Shown: piece by piece, positions 1 to 8,663 of the stretch
Layout: the number at the start of each line of letters is the position of its first letter
Numbering within the stretch: position 1 is the stretch's first letter
Source: Candidatus Eiseniibacteriota bacterium
Lineage (GTDB): Bacteria; Eisenbacteria; RBG-16-71-46; CAZAMP01
Assembly (NCBI GenBank): GCA_965224245.1
Contig: OZ245046.1
Coordinates: 384,001-448,000, forward strand
Length of the DNA: 64,000 bases
Reading direction: 5' to 3'
Position numbers and translations under genes: made by a program
Notes under the pieces: generated by a model
Databases searched by the model: none
Told to the model about the DNA's origin: nothing
Seen by the model: the letters and a program-made list of their open reading frames with translations, nothing else

Positions 1-2
1 TC

Positions 3-2183
3 GGGGTCATCGTGGACGAGCTGACCGGCGACGGTCTTCCGGACATCGCCGTGACCAACTACGGCTGGATCGGTCAGGGAACGACCATCGACGTCCTGCC
101 GGGCGACGGCGCCGGGGGATTCGGACCGGCGATCGCACATGCGGTCGGGGAAGGGCCGTGCACTCTCGTATCCGGTGACGTCGACGGGGACGGCCTCACC
201 GATCTCGCCACTGCTCTCGATGCCTATCCCCACATGGCCACCCTCATCTTCAACGAGGGCGGAGGTGAGTTCTCGGCGCCGGTGACCTATACCGCGAGCA
301 TCGGCGTCGTGGGCAGCTACGCCAGCGTGGCGCTGGCCGATCTCGAGAACGACGGCGACCTGGATCTGCTCTTCTCCGACTCCGGCACGCGCTCGGGGTC
401 CACGACCGACGCCGGGACGATCGTGATCTACCGGAATCAGGGTGACGGCACGATGGGGCCGATGGAGCTCCTGCCGTTGCTCCCGTACACGGCGGGACCG
501 AGAGATCTCCATCTCGCGGACGTCAGCGGGGATGGCTGGGTGGACGTCCTCGCGGTCCACTACAGCGGTCGGGCGAGCGACGGCTGGGAGCTGGTGCTCA
601 ACGACGGCGCCGGCGGCTTCCGGGACCCGGTACACCACACCGCGGGGCAGGGCACGATCGGCGTCCGGACCGCGGACGTGGACGGCGACGGCGACACCGA
701 CGTGGTCACCACCGACAACTACTCGATGGAGATCACCGTCCACGAGAACCTCGGCGCCGGTACGTTCCTGAAGCCGCCGACGTACCCGACGGTTCCGATC
801 TCGCTGTATCTCGATACGGGGGACATCGACCACGATGGTGATCTGGATCTGCTCACCACCGGCGGCGCCACCTATCCGGTCGCGGCGGCGATTCTCCTGA
901 ACGAGGGCGACGGCCGCTTCGGTCCCTACCAGGTCATGGCGCCGCCCTACGATTCCTGCTTCGGCAAGCTCCGCGATCTCGACGGCGACGGAAACCTCGA
1001 CATCCTGATGGCCGGAGGCCCGCCGTATCCGTTCTACACCGCGCTCGGGAACGGCGACGGGACGTTCGGCCCGATGACGATGTGGCCCGTTCCCACGTGC
1101 GGCGCGGGCGACATCGACGCGTTCGACCTCGACGGCGACGGAGCGCTGGACGTCTGCTATCTCGAGTACCTCGGCTGTCCGAGCGGCGGCAACAACCGGC
1201 TCTTCATCAGCTTCGGCCGGGGCGACGGCACGTTCGGTGCCCCGGTGGTGGAGACGATCGACGTCGGTCCGTACCAGCTGGTGGGAGCGGACTTCGACGA
1301 GGACGGGAACATCGACCTGGCCACCGCGCACTACGGCTACTACGGCTCGGAGAACGCGGTCGACGTGCTGCTCGGCAACGGTGACGGGACGTTTCAGCCG
1401 CGACGGACCCACACGGTGCCGAACGGCCCCAAGGACATCCTCGCGGCGGATCTCACCGGCGACGGCATTCTGGATCTGGCGACCTGCAACACCGGCAACG
1501 GCTCCGCCGGCATCGAGACCATGTCGGTGCTGCGGGGTCTCGGCGGCGGCGAGTTCTCGCCACCGACGACGTACTACGCCGCGTACAGCTCCGATCTGCT
1601 CGGCGTGAACGCGATCACTGCCGGGGACGCCGACGCGGACGGCGACCTGGACCTGATGGTGTCCAACAGCCCCGCCAACGACGTCAGCTACTACGAGAAT
1701 CGGGGCGACGGCACCTTCGAGACGCAGATCCGGTTCGGGGTGGGGCCGTCGACCTGGTCGGCCACGTACGCGGACGTCACGGGGGACGGCATCGGCGATC
1801 TCGTCGCGGTCGTCGGCCAGGGGCCCTCCGGCCTCGACGGAGCGGTGGCCGTGGTGGCGGGCACCGGGACGGCTCCCGTCGCGGTGGACGCCGGCCCGAC
1901 CGGGCCCCGTCTCCTCGTGGGCAAGGCGACGCCCAATCCGTTCCGGTTCCGGGTGGAGGTTCCGTATCTCAACCCCGCGGCCGGTGCGGTCCGCCTTCGC
2001 GTGTTCGATCCGGCAGGCCGCCTCGTCTTCGACCGCACCGATGACGATGCGGGCTCCGGCTGGAACGTCGCCGGGTGGGACGGACGCTCGCTGCAACACG
2101 AGCGGGTGGCGCCCGGGATATACTTTCTCCGCCTGGACGCCGGAGGGCGGTCGGCCCGAGAAAAGGCCCTGCTCGTCGAGTGA
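3..2183 (+). CDS. FG-GAP/VCBS repeat protein with C-terminal FlgD-Ig (T9SS-CTD-like) domain; 5'-truncated by window edge
   Basis: Many DxDGDGxxDL repeats; C-terminus PNPFRF...WDGRS...APGIYFLRL; frame is open from base 3. Confidence 0.9.
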   Translation, partial: GVIVDELTGDGLPDIAVTNYGWIGQGTTIDVLPGDGAGGFGPAIAHAVGEGPCTLVSGDVDGDGLTDLATALDAYPHMATLIFNEGGGEFSAPVTYTASIGVVGSYASVALADLENDGDLDLLFSDSGTRSGSTTDAGTIVIYRNQGDGTMGPMELLPLLPYTAGPRDLHLADVSGDGWVDVLAVHYSGRASDGWELVLNDGAGGFRDPVHHTAGQGTIGVRTADVDGDGDTDVVTTDNYSMEITVHENLGAGTFLKPPTYPTVPISLYLDTGDIDHDGDLDLLTTGGATYPVAAAILLNEGDGRFGPYQVMAPPYDSCFGKLRDLDGDGNLDILMAGGPPYPFYTALGNGDGTFGPMTMWPVPTCGAGDIDAFDLDGDGALDVCYLEYLGCPSGGNNRLFISFGRGDGTFGAPVVETIDVGPYQLVGADFDEDGNIDLATAHYGYYGSENAVDVLLGNGDGTFQPRRTHTVPNGPKDILAADLTGDGILDLATCNTGNGSAGIETMSVLRGLGGGEFSPPTTYYAAYSSDLLGVNAITAGDADADGDLDLMVSNSPANDVSYYENRGDGTFETQIRFGVGPSTWSATYADVTGDGIGDLVAVVGQGPSGLDGAVAVVAGTGTAPVAVDAGPTGPRLLVGKATPNPFRFRVEVPYLNPAAGAVRLRVFDPAGRLVFDRTDDDAGSGWNVAGWDGRSLQHERVAPGIYFLRLDAGGRSAREKALLVE

Positions 2184-2231
2184 TCGATGCGCCCCAGGTC
2201 GTCGTCGTGGGGCTAGGGTGGGCTCTCGCCC

Positions 2232-3137
2232 CTACGCGTCGACCTCGGTGGGGTCGAACGGCTCCACGTGGACGAGCACGTCGCGGACCACGTGACACCG
2301 ATCCCGGATCACGTCCTTGACGTCGTGCGCGATGCGGTGTCCGTCCACCACCGGCAGCATCGGGTCGACCTCGATGTGGACGTCCGCGAAGTACTCGAGA
2401 CCGGACTTGCGGAGGCGAAGGGTCTCGATGCACTCGACACCGGGAACCGAGCTCGCCGCCGCGTGAACCGCGCGCTCGAGCTCGGGATCGGCCTGCACGT
2501 CGAGGAGCTCGTTCGCCCCGCGCAGGAACAGCGTGACACCCGACCACACGATCAGCACGACCACGACCAGGGCCGCGACGTCGTCGGCCCACATCAGGCG
2601 CTCACCCCCGAGCCGGACGACGGCCAGCCCCACGAGCACCGCCAGCGAGCAGAGCGCATCGGCCCGGTGGTCCCAGGCGTTGGCGAGCACGGCGCCGGAG
2701 CCCACGGTGCGCGCGGTCGCCGCGTTGTACCGATAGAGCCCCTCCTTGATCACGACGTTGGCGGCGGCGATCCAGAGCGCCCACACGGGCGGAAGCGCAT
2801 GGATGTCGGGCAAGCGCCGGATGGCTTCCCAGCCCACGATGGCGGCCGAGAAGACGATCACCAGCGCCACGTTGGACGCAGCGATGGCCTCGGCGCGCGT
2901 GTGGCCGTAGGGATGGCGCCGGTCCGCCGGCCGCTGGGCGAATCGGAGGGCCGACAGGACCGCCACCGAGATGAGCCCGTCCCCGAGCGAGTTCACCGCA
3001 TCCGCGACCAGCGCGAACGACTGCCCCAGGAGACCAGCCACGAGCTTGGCCAGGCCCAGCGCCACGTTGATGACGAGCCCGGCGAGGATGGCCCGGGATG
3101 CGCGACCGTAGGGAGAGCTCTTCCGAGAACCTGACAT
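2232..3137 (-). CDS. Cation diffusion facilitator (FieF-like) transporter
   Basis: SFALVADAVNSLGD, PADRRHPYGHTRAEA and ANAWDHRAD motifs; C-terminal dimerisation domain ending VLVHVEP. Confidence 0.92.
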   Translation of the reverse strand: MSGSRKSSPYGRASRAILAGLVINVALGLAKLVAGLLGQSFALVADAVNSLGDGLISVAVLSALRFAQRPADRRHPYGHTRAEAIAASNVALVIVFSAAIVGWEAIRRLPDIHALPPVWALWIAAANVVIKEGLYRYNAATARTVGSGAVLANAWDHRADALCSLAVLVGLAVVRLGGERLMWADDVAALVVVVLIVWSGVTLFLRGANELLDVQADPELERAVHAAASSVPGVECIETLRLRKSGLEYFADVHIEVDPMLPVVDGHRIAHDVKDVIRDRCHVVRDVLVHVEPFDPTEVDA

Positions 3138-3234
3138 GCGATCTCACCCGTGGGCGGCTCGTTCTCGACGAGCCCCACCGCGTCACGGCGTCGGAGCCGG
3201 GGAAGAGCCCGCGACGCCGTGACCTATGGTCGCG

Positions 3235-4005
3235 TCACCGAGAATGCCCGTGCTCGTCGGAGCCCTCTCTCAGGTTGACGCCGACGAGCAGCCGGATCTG
3301 GCTCTCGGCCGAGCCCGCCTCGCCGTCACCCAGTCGGAAGAGCGATCCGAGCGCCATCCAGAGGCCCCCGACACCGTGTCCGATGACCGGACCGATGTAG
3401 TGCGTGTCGCCGTCACTCTTGGCCTCGGCCCCCACGCTGAAGAGATAGGTCGGTGTCCAGGACGCGCCGAGCGTGATCTCGGCCTCGGACTCCCACTCGT
3501 CCTCGTCCTCTTCCTTCTCCAGCTCGAGCGTTGGGTTCAGGGCGAACCGGAAGTCACCCAGCGTGCGGCCCAGAATCACCTTCGCTTCCACTTTTGGAGA
3601 GGATCCGCTCGGTGTGCCCTCGTACTCGAGGTATCCGACGGCGTCCAGTGGAAACCGACGCGCGTGCGCGATCCAGTGCCGGAGCCGGAGCTTGTAGCCG
3701 GCGTAGCGCAGTGCCTCGTCGGCCCCCTGCTCGAAGACCTGGTAGAGGCCCACGTCGAACTGGTCGTTCATCCCGATCTCGAGCTCCAGCTCCAGCTCGG
3801 TGGCCGTCCGCTCGCGCCCGTCGACCTCCGTGGTCGCGAACGTGGAGTACTGCTCGAACTCGGCCTCGCCTCGCTCCATTGTCTGGGCTTCGTAGGTCCA
3901 CACCAGGGTGCGGCGATCGGCCGCCGCATCCCGGGAGAAGATCATCAGATAGAGCAGGCTACCCAGGGCGGCGGCCCAGGACCGAGTAATGCGTGGCGAA
4001 ACCAT
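3235..4005 (-). CDS. Exported protein, probable outer-membrane beta-barrel, upstream of the CDF gene
   Basis: AGGAG RBS before ATG 4005; signal peptide (..DAAA/DRR); alternating amphipathic strands; acidic loop EKEEDEDEWESE. Confidence 0.6.
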   Translation of the reverse strand: MVSPRITRSWAAALGSLLYLMIFSRDAAADRRTLVWTYEAQTMERGEAEFEQYSTFATTEVDGRERTATELELELEIGMNDQFDVGLYQVFEQGADEALRYAGYKLRLRHWIAHARRFPLDAVGYLEYEGTPSGSSPKVEAKVILGRTLGDFRFALNPTLELEKEEDEDEWESEAEITLGASWTPTYLFSVGAEAKSDGDTHYIGPVIGHGVGGLWMALGSLFRLGDGEAGSAESQIRLLVGVNLREGSDEHGHSR

Positions 4006-4179
4006 GTGCGGGCGTTCTCCTGACTCGATCGAGGTGAGGCGGCTCCGGCGACGACGCCGATCTGCCGCGTGTTTGGATGACCGGGGATGATAGACGCCGG
4101 TCGACGCGAAGTCACCCACCATCGTCGAGCGGGACCGGCGCGTGCCGAGACGCGCTCGGAGCTCGGACGCGCTCGGCGC

Positions 4180-4368
4180 TCACCGTAGAACGACCAGCTT
4201 TCGGGACATGACGCGGGACGCGGTCTCCACGCGTGCGAAGTACACGCCGTCCGAAATCGGTTCCCCGTCGGCGATGCGGTCCCAGGACACGCGATGGTCA
4301 CCCGCCGTCCGGTGTGTCTGTTCGAGCCGGGCCACCTCGCGTCCGAGCACGTCGACGACGCTGACTTG
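4180..4368 (-). pseudogene. Orphan FlgD-Ig/CTD domain fragment
   Basis: QVSVVDVLGREVARL..AGDHRVSWD..DGVYFARVETASRVMSRKLVVLR* with no signal peptide or cargo domain upstream. Confidence 0.6.
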
Positions 4369-4482
4369 CGGCGTGCTGCATCCACGACATCCTCCGGTTT
4401 TCGTGAGGGGGCCGATTTCGCCTGACCGGACAACGCCGCGCGGGGGCACAAACGCACGGCGACGCCTCTTCCGGCGGGGCCC

Positions 4483-4720
4483 ATGTGCGTGCGTGACGTC
4501 AGACGCATCAGTGCCGGCAGCGGTGGCTCCGGCGGGGGGCTGCAGCGACGTGAGCTCTTCGGCTTCGCCGTGGCCCCGATCGGCGACCTCGACGGCGACA
4601 CACGCCATCGCGGTCTGGGCGGTCGGTCGGGGTCGGGATGGGCCGGGAGATCCGGTCTCGGGGGCGCTGTGGCTGCTCTCAGAACACGAGGCCGGTGCCG
4701 TCGTGGAGCTCGTCCGGGAC
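4483..4720 (+). pseudogene. Frameshifted FG-GAP (integrin-alpha type) repeat remnant
   Basis: RISAGSGG..ELFGFAVAPIGDLDGD, then after a frameshift near 4600 AVG..DGPGDPVSGALWLL. Confidence 0.55.
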
Positions 4721-4848
4721 GGTCGCTCCCGCGCGCTCGGCACCGGGCAGGTACGTCGTGACGGCGGTGGCCGGAGAGCATCGCGTCGCGCGATCGCTCG
4801 TCAGGTTCCGTGACCTCGTGACGTCGCCGCGGGTCGACCGGCGTCGGC

Positions 4849-5631
4849 TCAGTACGTGGCCTTCAGCCGGCCCCAGCTCAGCACGTCGACGGGGTTCGTC
4901 GGCGGCGTGCATCGGCACCCGTTTGCGTTGAGCTCGGCCCAGTCTCCGGTGCCACCGAACCCGGCGGCGCCGGTTCCGTTGTGGTACTGCACACCGTTAG
5001 ACGGGTTGATCGCCGCGGCAATCTCACCGTCCAGGTACGCGCCGTCCTGAAGGCCGTCGCCGTGCAGGACCAGGATGTCCCGATACGCGCACGCGTAGTC
5101 CTCTACGTCGTCGTGCATGCAGTCTCGACCGTCGCCGGCGTAGCTCGACTCACTGAAGTGGTTGTCTCCGGTCGGGGACGTCACCGGGCAGTAGTCGGCA
5201 CTCATGATCGCGCCGGTCAGGTGGTTGCCGCGAGTATAGGTGCAGAACACCCCGAGGATCACGTTTCCGCCCAGGTCCGCGTACGCTGCGAGAACGTCTC
5301 CGTATCGCTCGGCTTCGAAGAACGGGAAGTTGGCCCACACGATGACGCAGTCGTAGTCGAGCAGGAGGTCGAGCGAGGGGGTACCCGCTCGTGCGTCGTA
5401 GTAGTCACACGTGCCGCCGATCTCGGTGGCGATCCGCGCGCGATAGCTCGGATCGTCACCGTGTGACGGTGCGTACAAAACGGCCGGTCCGACGTCCATC
5501 CGAACGGTGTCGAGGCGGTGTCCCTGGAACACGAATGCATCCTCACCGCCGACGTTGACCGGCTGGAGATCTGCCACCGCAGGTCCGACCACGACCGCGA
5601 GCAAGGCGAGCACGTGCAGAGGGCCGTTCAT
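4849..5631 (-). CDS. Secreted hypothetical protein with C-terminal SWGRLKATY tail
   Basis: AAGGAGG RBS before ATG 5631; signal peptide MNGPLHVLALLAVVVGPAVA; ends PVDVLSWGRLKATY*. Confidence 0.8.
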   Translation of the reverse strand: MNGPLHVLALLAVVVGPAVADLQPVNVGGEDAFVFQGHRLDTVRMDVGPAVLYAPSHGDDPSYRARIATEIGGTCDYYDARAGTPSLDLLLDYDCVIVWANFPFFEAERYGDVLAAYADLGGNVILGVFCTYTRGNHLTGAIMSADYCPVTSPTGDNHFSESSYAGDGRDCMHDDVEDYACAYRDILVLHGDGLQDGAYLDGEIAAAINPSNGVQYHNGTGAAGFGGTGDWAELNANGCRCTPPTNPVDVLSWGRLKATY

Positions 5632-5690
5632 CGCAGCCTCCTTCGAGGTGACCTCAATCGTACCAGACAGACCGTGGCGTCGGGGGGACA

Positions 5691-7712
5691 TCAATCTCGC
5701 ATGGCGAGTCCCTCGACGTGCTCGGTGCCGACCGGAACGACGAGGCTGCTGCCCTCGAGATCGTCGCCGATCGGCTCCGCTCGTCCGCCCAGATGCTCCG
5801 CCAGGAACGACTCCACCACGGCGCGGAACGCGAGATCGTTGGCCGGGCGCCGGAGCCCGTGTCCCTCGCCCTCGAACAGCAGGTAGGTCACCGGGACGTC
5901 GTTGGCCGTCATCGCGGCGACCATCTGCTCGGCCTCCCGCACCGGCACGCGCGAGTCGTTCTTGCCCTGCATGATGAGCAGCGGTCGCCGGATCTCGGCC
6001 GCGTCGAAGAGCGGTGACTGGGTGCGGAGCTCCGCGCGGCCCGCATCCGTCGTGGCGTCGCCGACCCGCAGGAGATACTCGCGCCGAAACGCACGCCAGT
6101 ACTCGGGAAGACCATCGTAGAGGGTGATGAGACTCGTCGACCCCGACGAGCTCACGGCACACGCAAATCGCTCCGGACTCGTCGTGAGGACGCGCAGCGC
6201 GAAGTAGCCGCCGACCGACGCCCCCATCACGGCCATGCGCTCGCGGTCGGCGATCCCGACGGTCACCGCCCAGTCCGCGGCATCCACGATGTCGTTGGTC
6301 ATGCGTCGGCCCCACTGGCGGTTGCCGGCATTCAGCCTTGCCTTTCCGCGGCCGGTGGAGCCGCGATAGTTGGGGAGGATCACGGCGTATCCGCGATTCG
6401 CGAGCCACTGACCGAAAAGATCGAATCCCACCCGGGAGCGATCCCACGGTCCTCCGTGCGGCAGCACGATCGTGGGAACGGGCACGTCGGGGCGTCCGTT
6501 CCCGTCGGCGTCGGCGCCGTGCGGAAGCACCACGAACACGGTCATGTCGTGACCGTCGCGCGTGCGAACCGTCTCCGGACGCATCGGCGTGAAGGCGTGT
6601 CCGTCGAGCGCGGGGTAGACGTCGACGAGCGTCCGGAAGCGAGCGGGCATCCGTTCCACGAGGACGTAGCTCGCGGGGTCGGTGCCACTTCGATAGGCGC
6701 TGAACGCGGATCCGTCGCCGGTGAAGGCGGTGATGTCGATCCGGCCGGGCAGCTCGGACTCGAGCCGATCGAAGACATCCGTCCAGTCCGGATCCAGAAC
6801 GTGCCATCGCTGGTGACCGTCATCCACGGCGTAGGCGATCGGTGCACCCGTTCGCGGGTGGAGCGCGACGTCCACGACGTCGAGCGCGTCGTGTGCGGCG
6901 ACGAGCGCCCGCGTGCCTCTGGCCACGTCGATCTCCACCAGCGCATACGTGTCGCGCCGGTGGGCGTCCAGCGCGAGGAACCGATCGCCGTCCTCGTGAA
7001 ATCCGAGGATCTCGAAGCCTCGCGCGTCCGCGAACGGGATCGTGAGCAGCGGGACGACCTGACCGGAGTCGTCGAGACGGTCGAGCCGGACGTCGCCCGT
7101 CGAGGGGTCGGTGTACCGGAGGAGGCGGAGGCGGCCCCGGCGATCGACGTGAAGGCCCACGTAGCCGGCGTCATTCTGGAAGAGCGAGACACGCTCCCCG
7201 GTCACCAGGTCGATCCGGTAGAGGTCCGCCCGCTCGGGAACGCGGTCGTTCATCGAGACGATCACGTGATCCGGGTCGTGAGCGGAGAGGGCTTCGATCG
7301 TGGCGCGCTCACCCTCGCCGGGAGTCAGCGGTCGGAGCGAGCCGGCGTCGAGATCCAGACACTGGATGCGGAAACGCTCGTCACCGGCGTTGTCGGACAG
7401 GAAGAGCAGGCGCCTGCCATCGGGCGTCCACCGGGGATCGAAGACTCCGAGCGACGAGCGCGTCAACGGACGCGCGTCGTCCGCGTCGTCCCCGACGGAC
7501 GCCATCCAGAGGTTCGGCACCCTCTCCAGCGGCGCGATGAACACGTAGCGATCGCCGTCCGGGCTCATCGTCACGTCCTGCGGCGCGGCCTGGGACGAGA
7601 ATGCGGTGCGAGGGATGAGCGGGACATCCACGCCGATGGCGTCGGGGTGCGATGTCGCGGACGCGAGCACCGGGACGACGGAGGTCAGGACGAGGAGCGA
7701 TCGGCATGACAC
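5691..7712 (-). CDS. S9 family (prolyl oligopeptidase/acylaminoacyl) peptidase, exported
   Basis: Signal peptide, propeller N-terminus, HGGPW, NYRGSTG, GASVGG nucleophile, ND.RV Asp, EGHG His. Confidence 0.92.
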   Translation of the reverse strand: MSCRSLLVLTSVVPVLASATSHPDAIGVDVPLIPRTAFSSQAAPQDVTMSPDGDRYVFIAPLERVPNLWMASVGDDADDARPLTRSSLGVFDPRWTPDGRRLLFLSDNAGDERFRIQCLDLDAGSLRPLTPGEGERATIEALSAHDPDHVIVSMNDRVPERADLYRIDLVTGERVSLFQNDAGYVGLHVDRRGRLRLLRYTDPSTGDVRLDRLDDSGQVVPLLTIPFADARGFEILGFHEDGDRFLALDAHRRDTYALVEIDVARGTRALVAAHDALDVVDVALHPRTGAPIAYAVDDGHQRWHVLDPDWTDVFDRLESELPGRIDITAFTGDGSAFSAYRSGTDPASYVLVERMPARFRTLVDVYPALDGHAFTPMRPETVRTRDGHDMTVFVVLPHGADADGNGRPDVPVPTIVLPHGGPWDRSRVGFDLFGQWLANRGYAVILPNYRGSTGRGKARLNAGNRQWGRRMTNDIVDAADWAVTVGIADRERMAVMGASVGGYFALRVLTTSPERFACAVSSSGSTSLITLYDGLPEYWRAFRREYLLRVGDATTDAGRAELRTQSPLFDAAEIRRPLLIMQGKNDSRVPVREAEQMVAAMTANDVPVTYLLFEGEGHGLRRPANDLAFRAVVESFLAEHLGGRAEPIGDDLEGSSLVVPVGTEHVEGLAMRD

Positions 7713-7730
7713 GAGGGTGTCCTCCCGAGG

Positions 7731-8375
7731 TCATCGTGCGGGGCCGCTCGAGGCCCCGATCACGGTGGTGGCCATCGCCACGATGTCGGCGACGAGCTGA
7801 TCGCGATCGATGGATTCCGCCTCGACGTCGGTGTCCGGAGCGATCACGAGCTGGTCCTTGCTGATCGAGACGACGTAGCCGACGGCCCGCGACACGCGCT
7901 CGGCCAGCCCGGGATCGGCGCGCTCGCCGTCGAGGAGAAATGCCTCGCAGGCCCGTCGGTGATCGGAGATCTCCTCGAGAACGTCCTGCGGAGGACCGCC
8001 CGGTGTCTGGAGCCAGGTGCGGATCAGGAAGCTCCTGAGGACGCCTGCCTCGCGCGTGTGCAGGTCCACGAACGCCCGTGCCACGGCGGCGACCCGCTCG
8101 CGCATGGAGAGGGGCGTGCGCTCGACCGCCAGCGCCGTCCGGAGGTGACGATCGCGTCGCTCGCGGTAGCGCGACTGCACGACGTCGAGCAGCGCCTCTC
8201 GGGACGGGAAGTGTGCATAGAGGCCCCCGACCGAGATCCCGGCCTCGATCGCGAGGCCGGGCATCGTCAGCTCGGCGAACGGGCTCTCGTTCAGGAGCCG
8301 CTCGGCGGTCCGGAGGATGCGTTCCCGGGTCTCGCGGCTGCGGCGCTGGCGTGGCGGACGCATCGGTTGTTGCAT
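7731..8375 (-). CDS. TetR/AcrR family transcriptional regulator
   Basis: RQRRSRETRERIL..A..AGISVGGLYAHFPSREALL HTH; start at 8375 supported by an adjacent promoter. Confidence 0.9.
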   Translation of the reverse strand: MQQPMRPPRQRRSRETRERILRTAERLLNESPFAELTMPGLAIEAGISVGGLYAHFPSREALLDVVQSRYRERRDRHLRTALAVERTPLSMRERVAAVARAFVDLHTREAGVLRSFLIRTWLQTPGGPPQDVLEEISDHRRACEAFLLDGERADPGLAERVSRAVGYVVSISKDQLVIAPDTDVEAESIDRDQLVADIVAMATTVIGASSGPAR

Positions 8376-8382
8376 GGGATGG

Positions 8383-8411
8383 ACAATAAACGAAACAGAA
8401 TTCGGTTTCAA
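8383..8411 (-). promoter_or_regulatory. Sigma70 promoter for tetR-S9 peptidase, overlapped by a palindromic operator
   Basis: Minus strand TTGAAA-17 nt-TATTGT-7 nt-ATG; imperfect palindrome GAAACAGAATTCGGTTTC at 8392-8409. Confidence 0.75.
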
Positions 8412-8627
8412 GACTCGAATCGGATCCTCCGGAGCCGCATCCACCGCATGGTCTGGTAGTCGCCGTCGTCGGGCATCCTGGGCGTTTCCCGGCACATCGC
8501 GGGGCGCCTCCGAGGACTGACGCCGCGGTTCCGCGGACAGGTTCGTCGGGTCCCCCGCGGCCAGCGGGTGGGTCGCCGGCGTGGTACGATTCCACCCGAA
8601 ACGCGCCGACCCCCGGGCCGTTCCGGT

Positions 8628-8649
8628 CGTCACGTCACGTCACGTCACG
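8628..8649 (+). repeat. (CGTCA)4 simple sequence repeat directly upstream of an RBS
   Basis: cgtca cgtca cgtca cgtca cg followed by GGAGGGAGGG and ATG 8664. Confidence 0.85.
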
Positions 8650-8663
8650 GGAGGGAGGGTCCC

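Noticed and set aside
5632-6807. N-terminal ~390 aa of the 652-aa ORF 4849-6807
   Set aside because: Arg-rich alternate frame of the S9 peptidase; the real start is ATG 5631 with RBS and signal peptide
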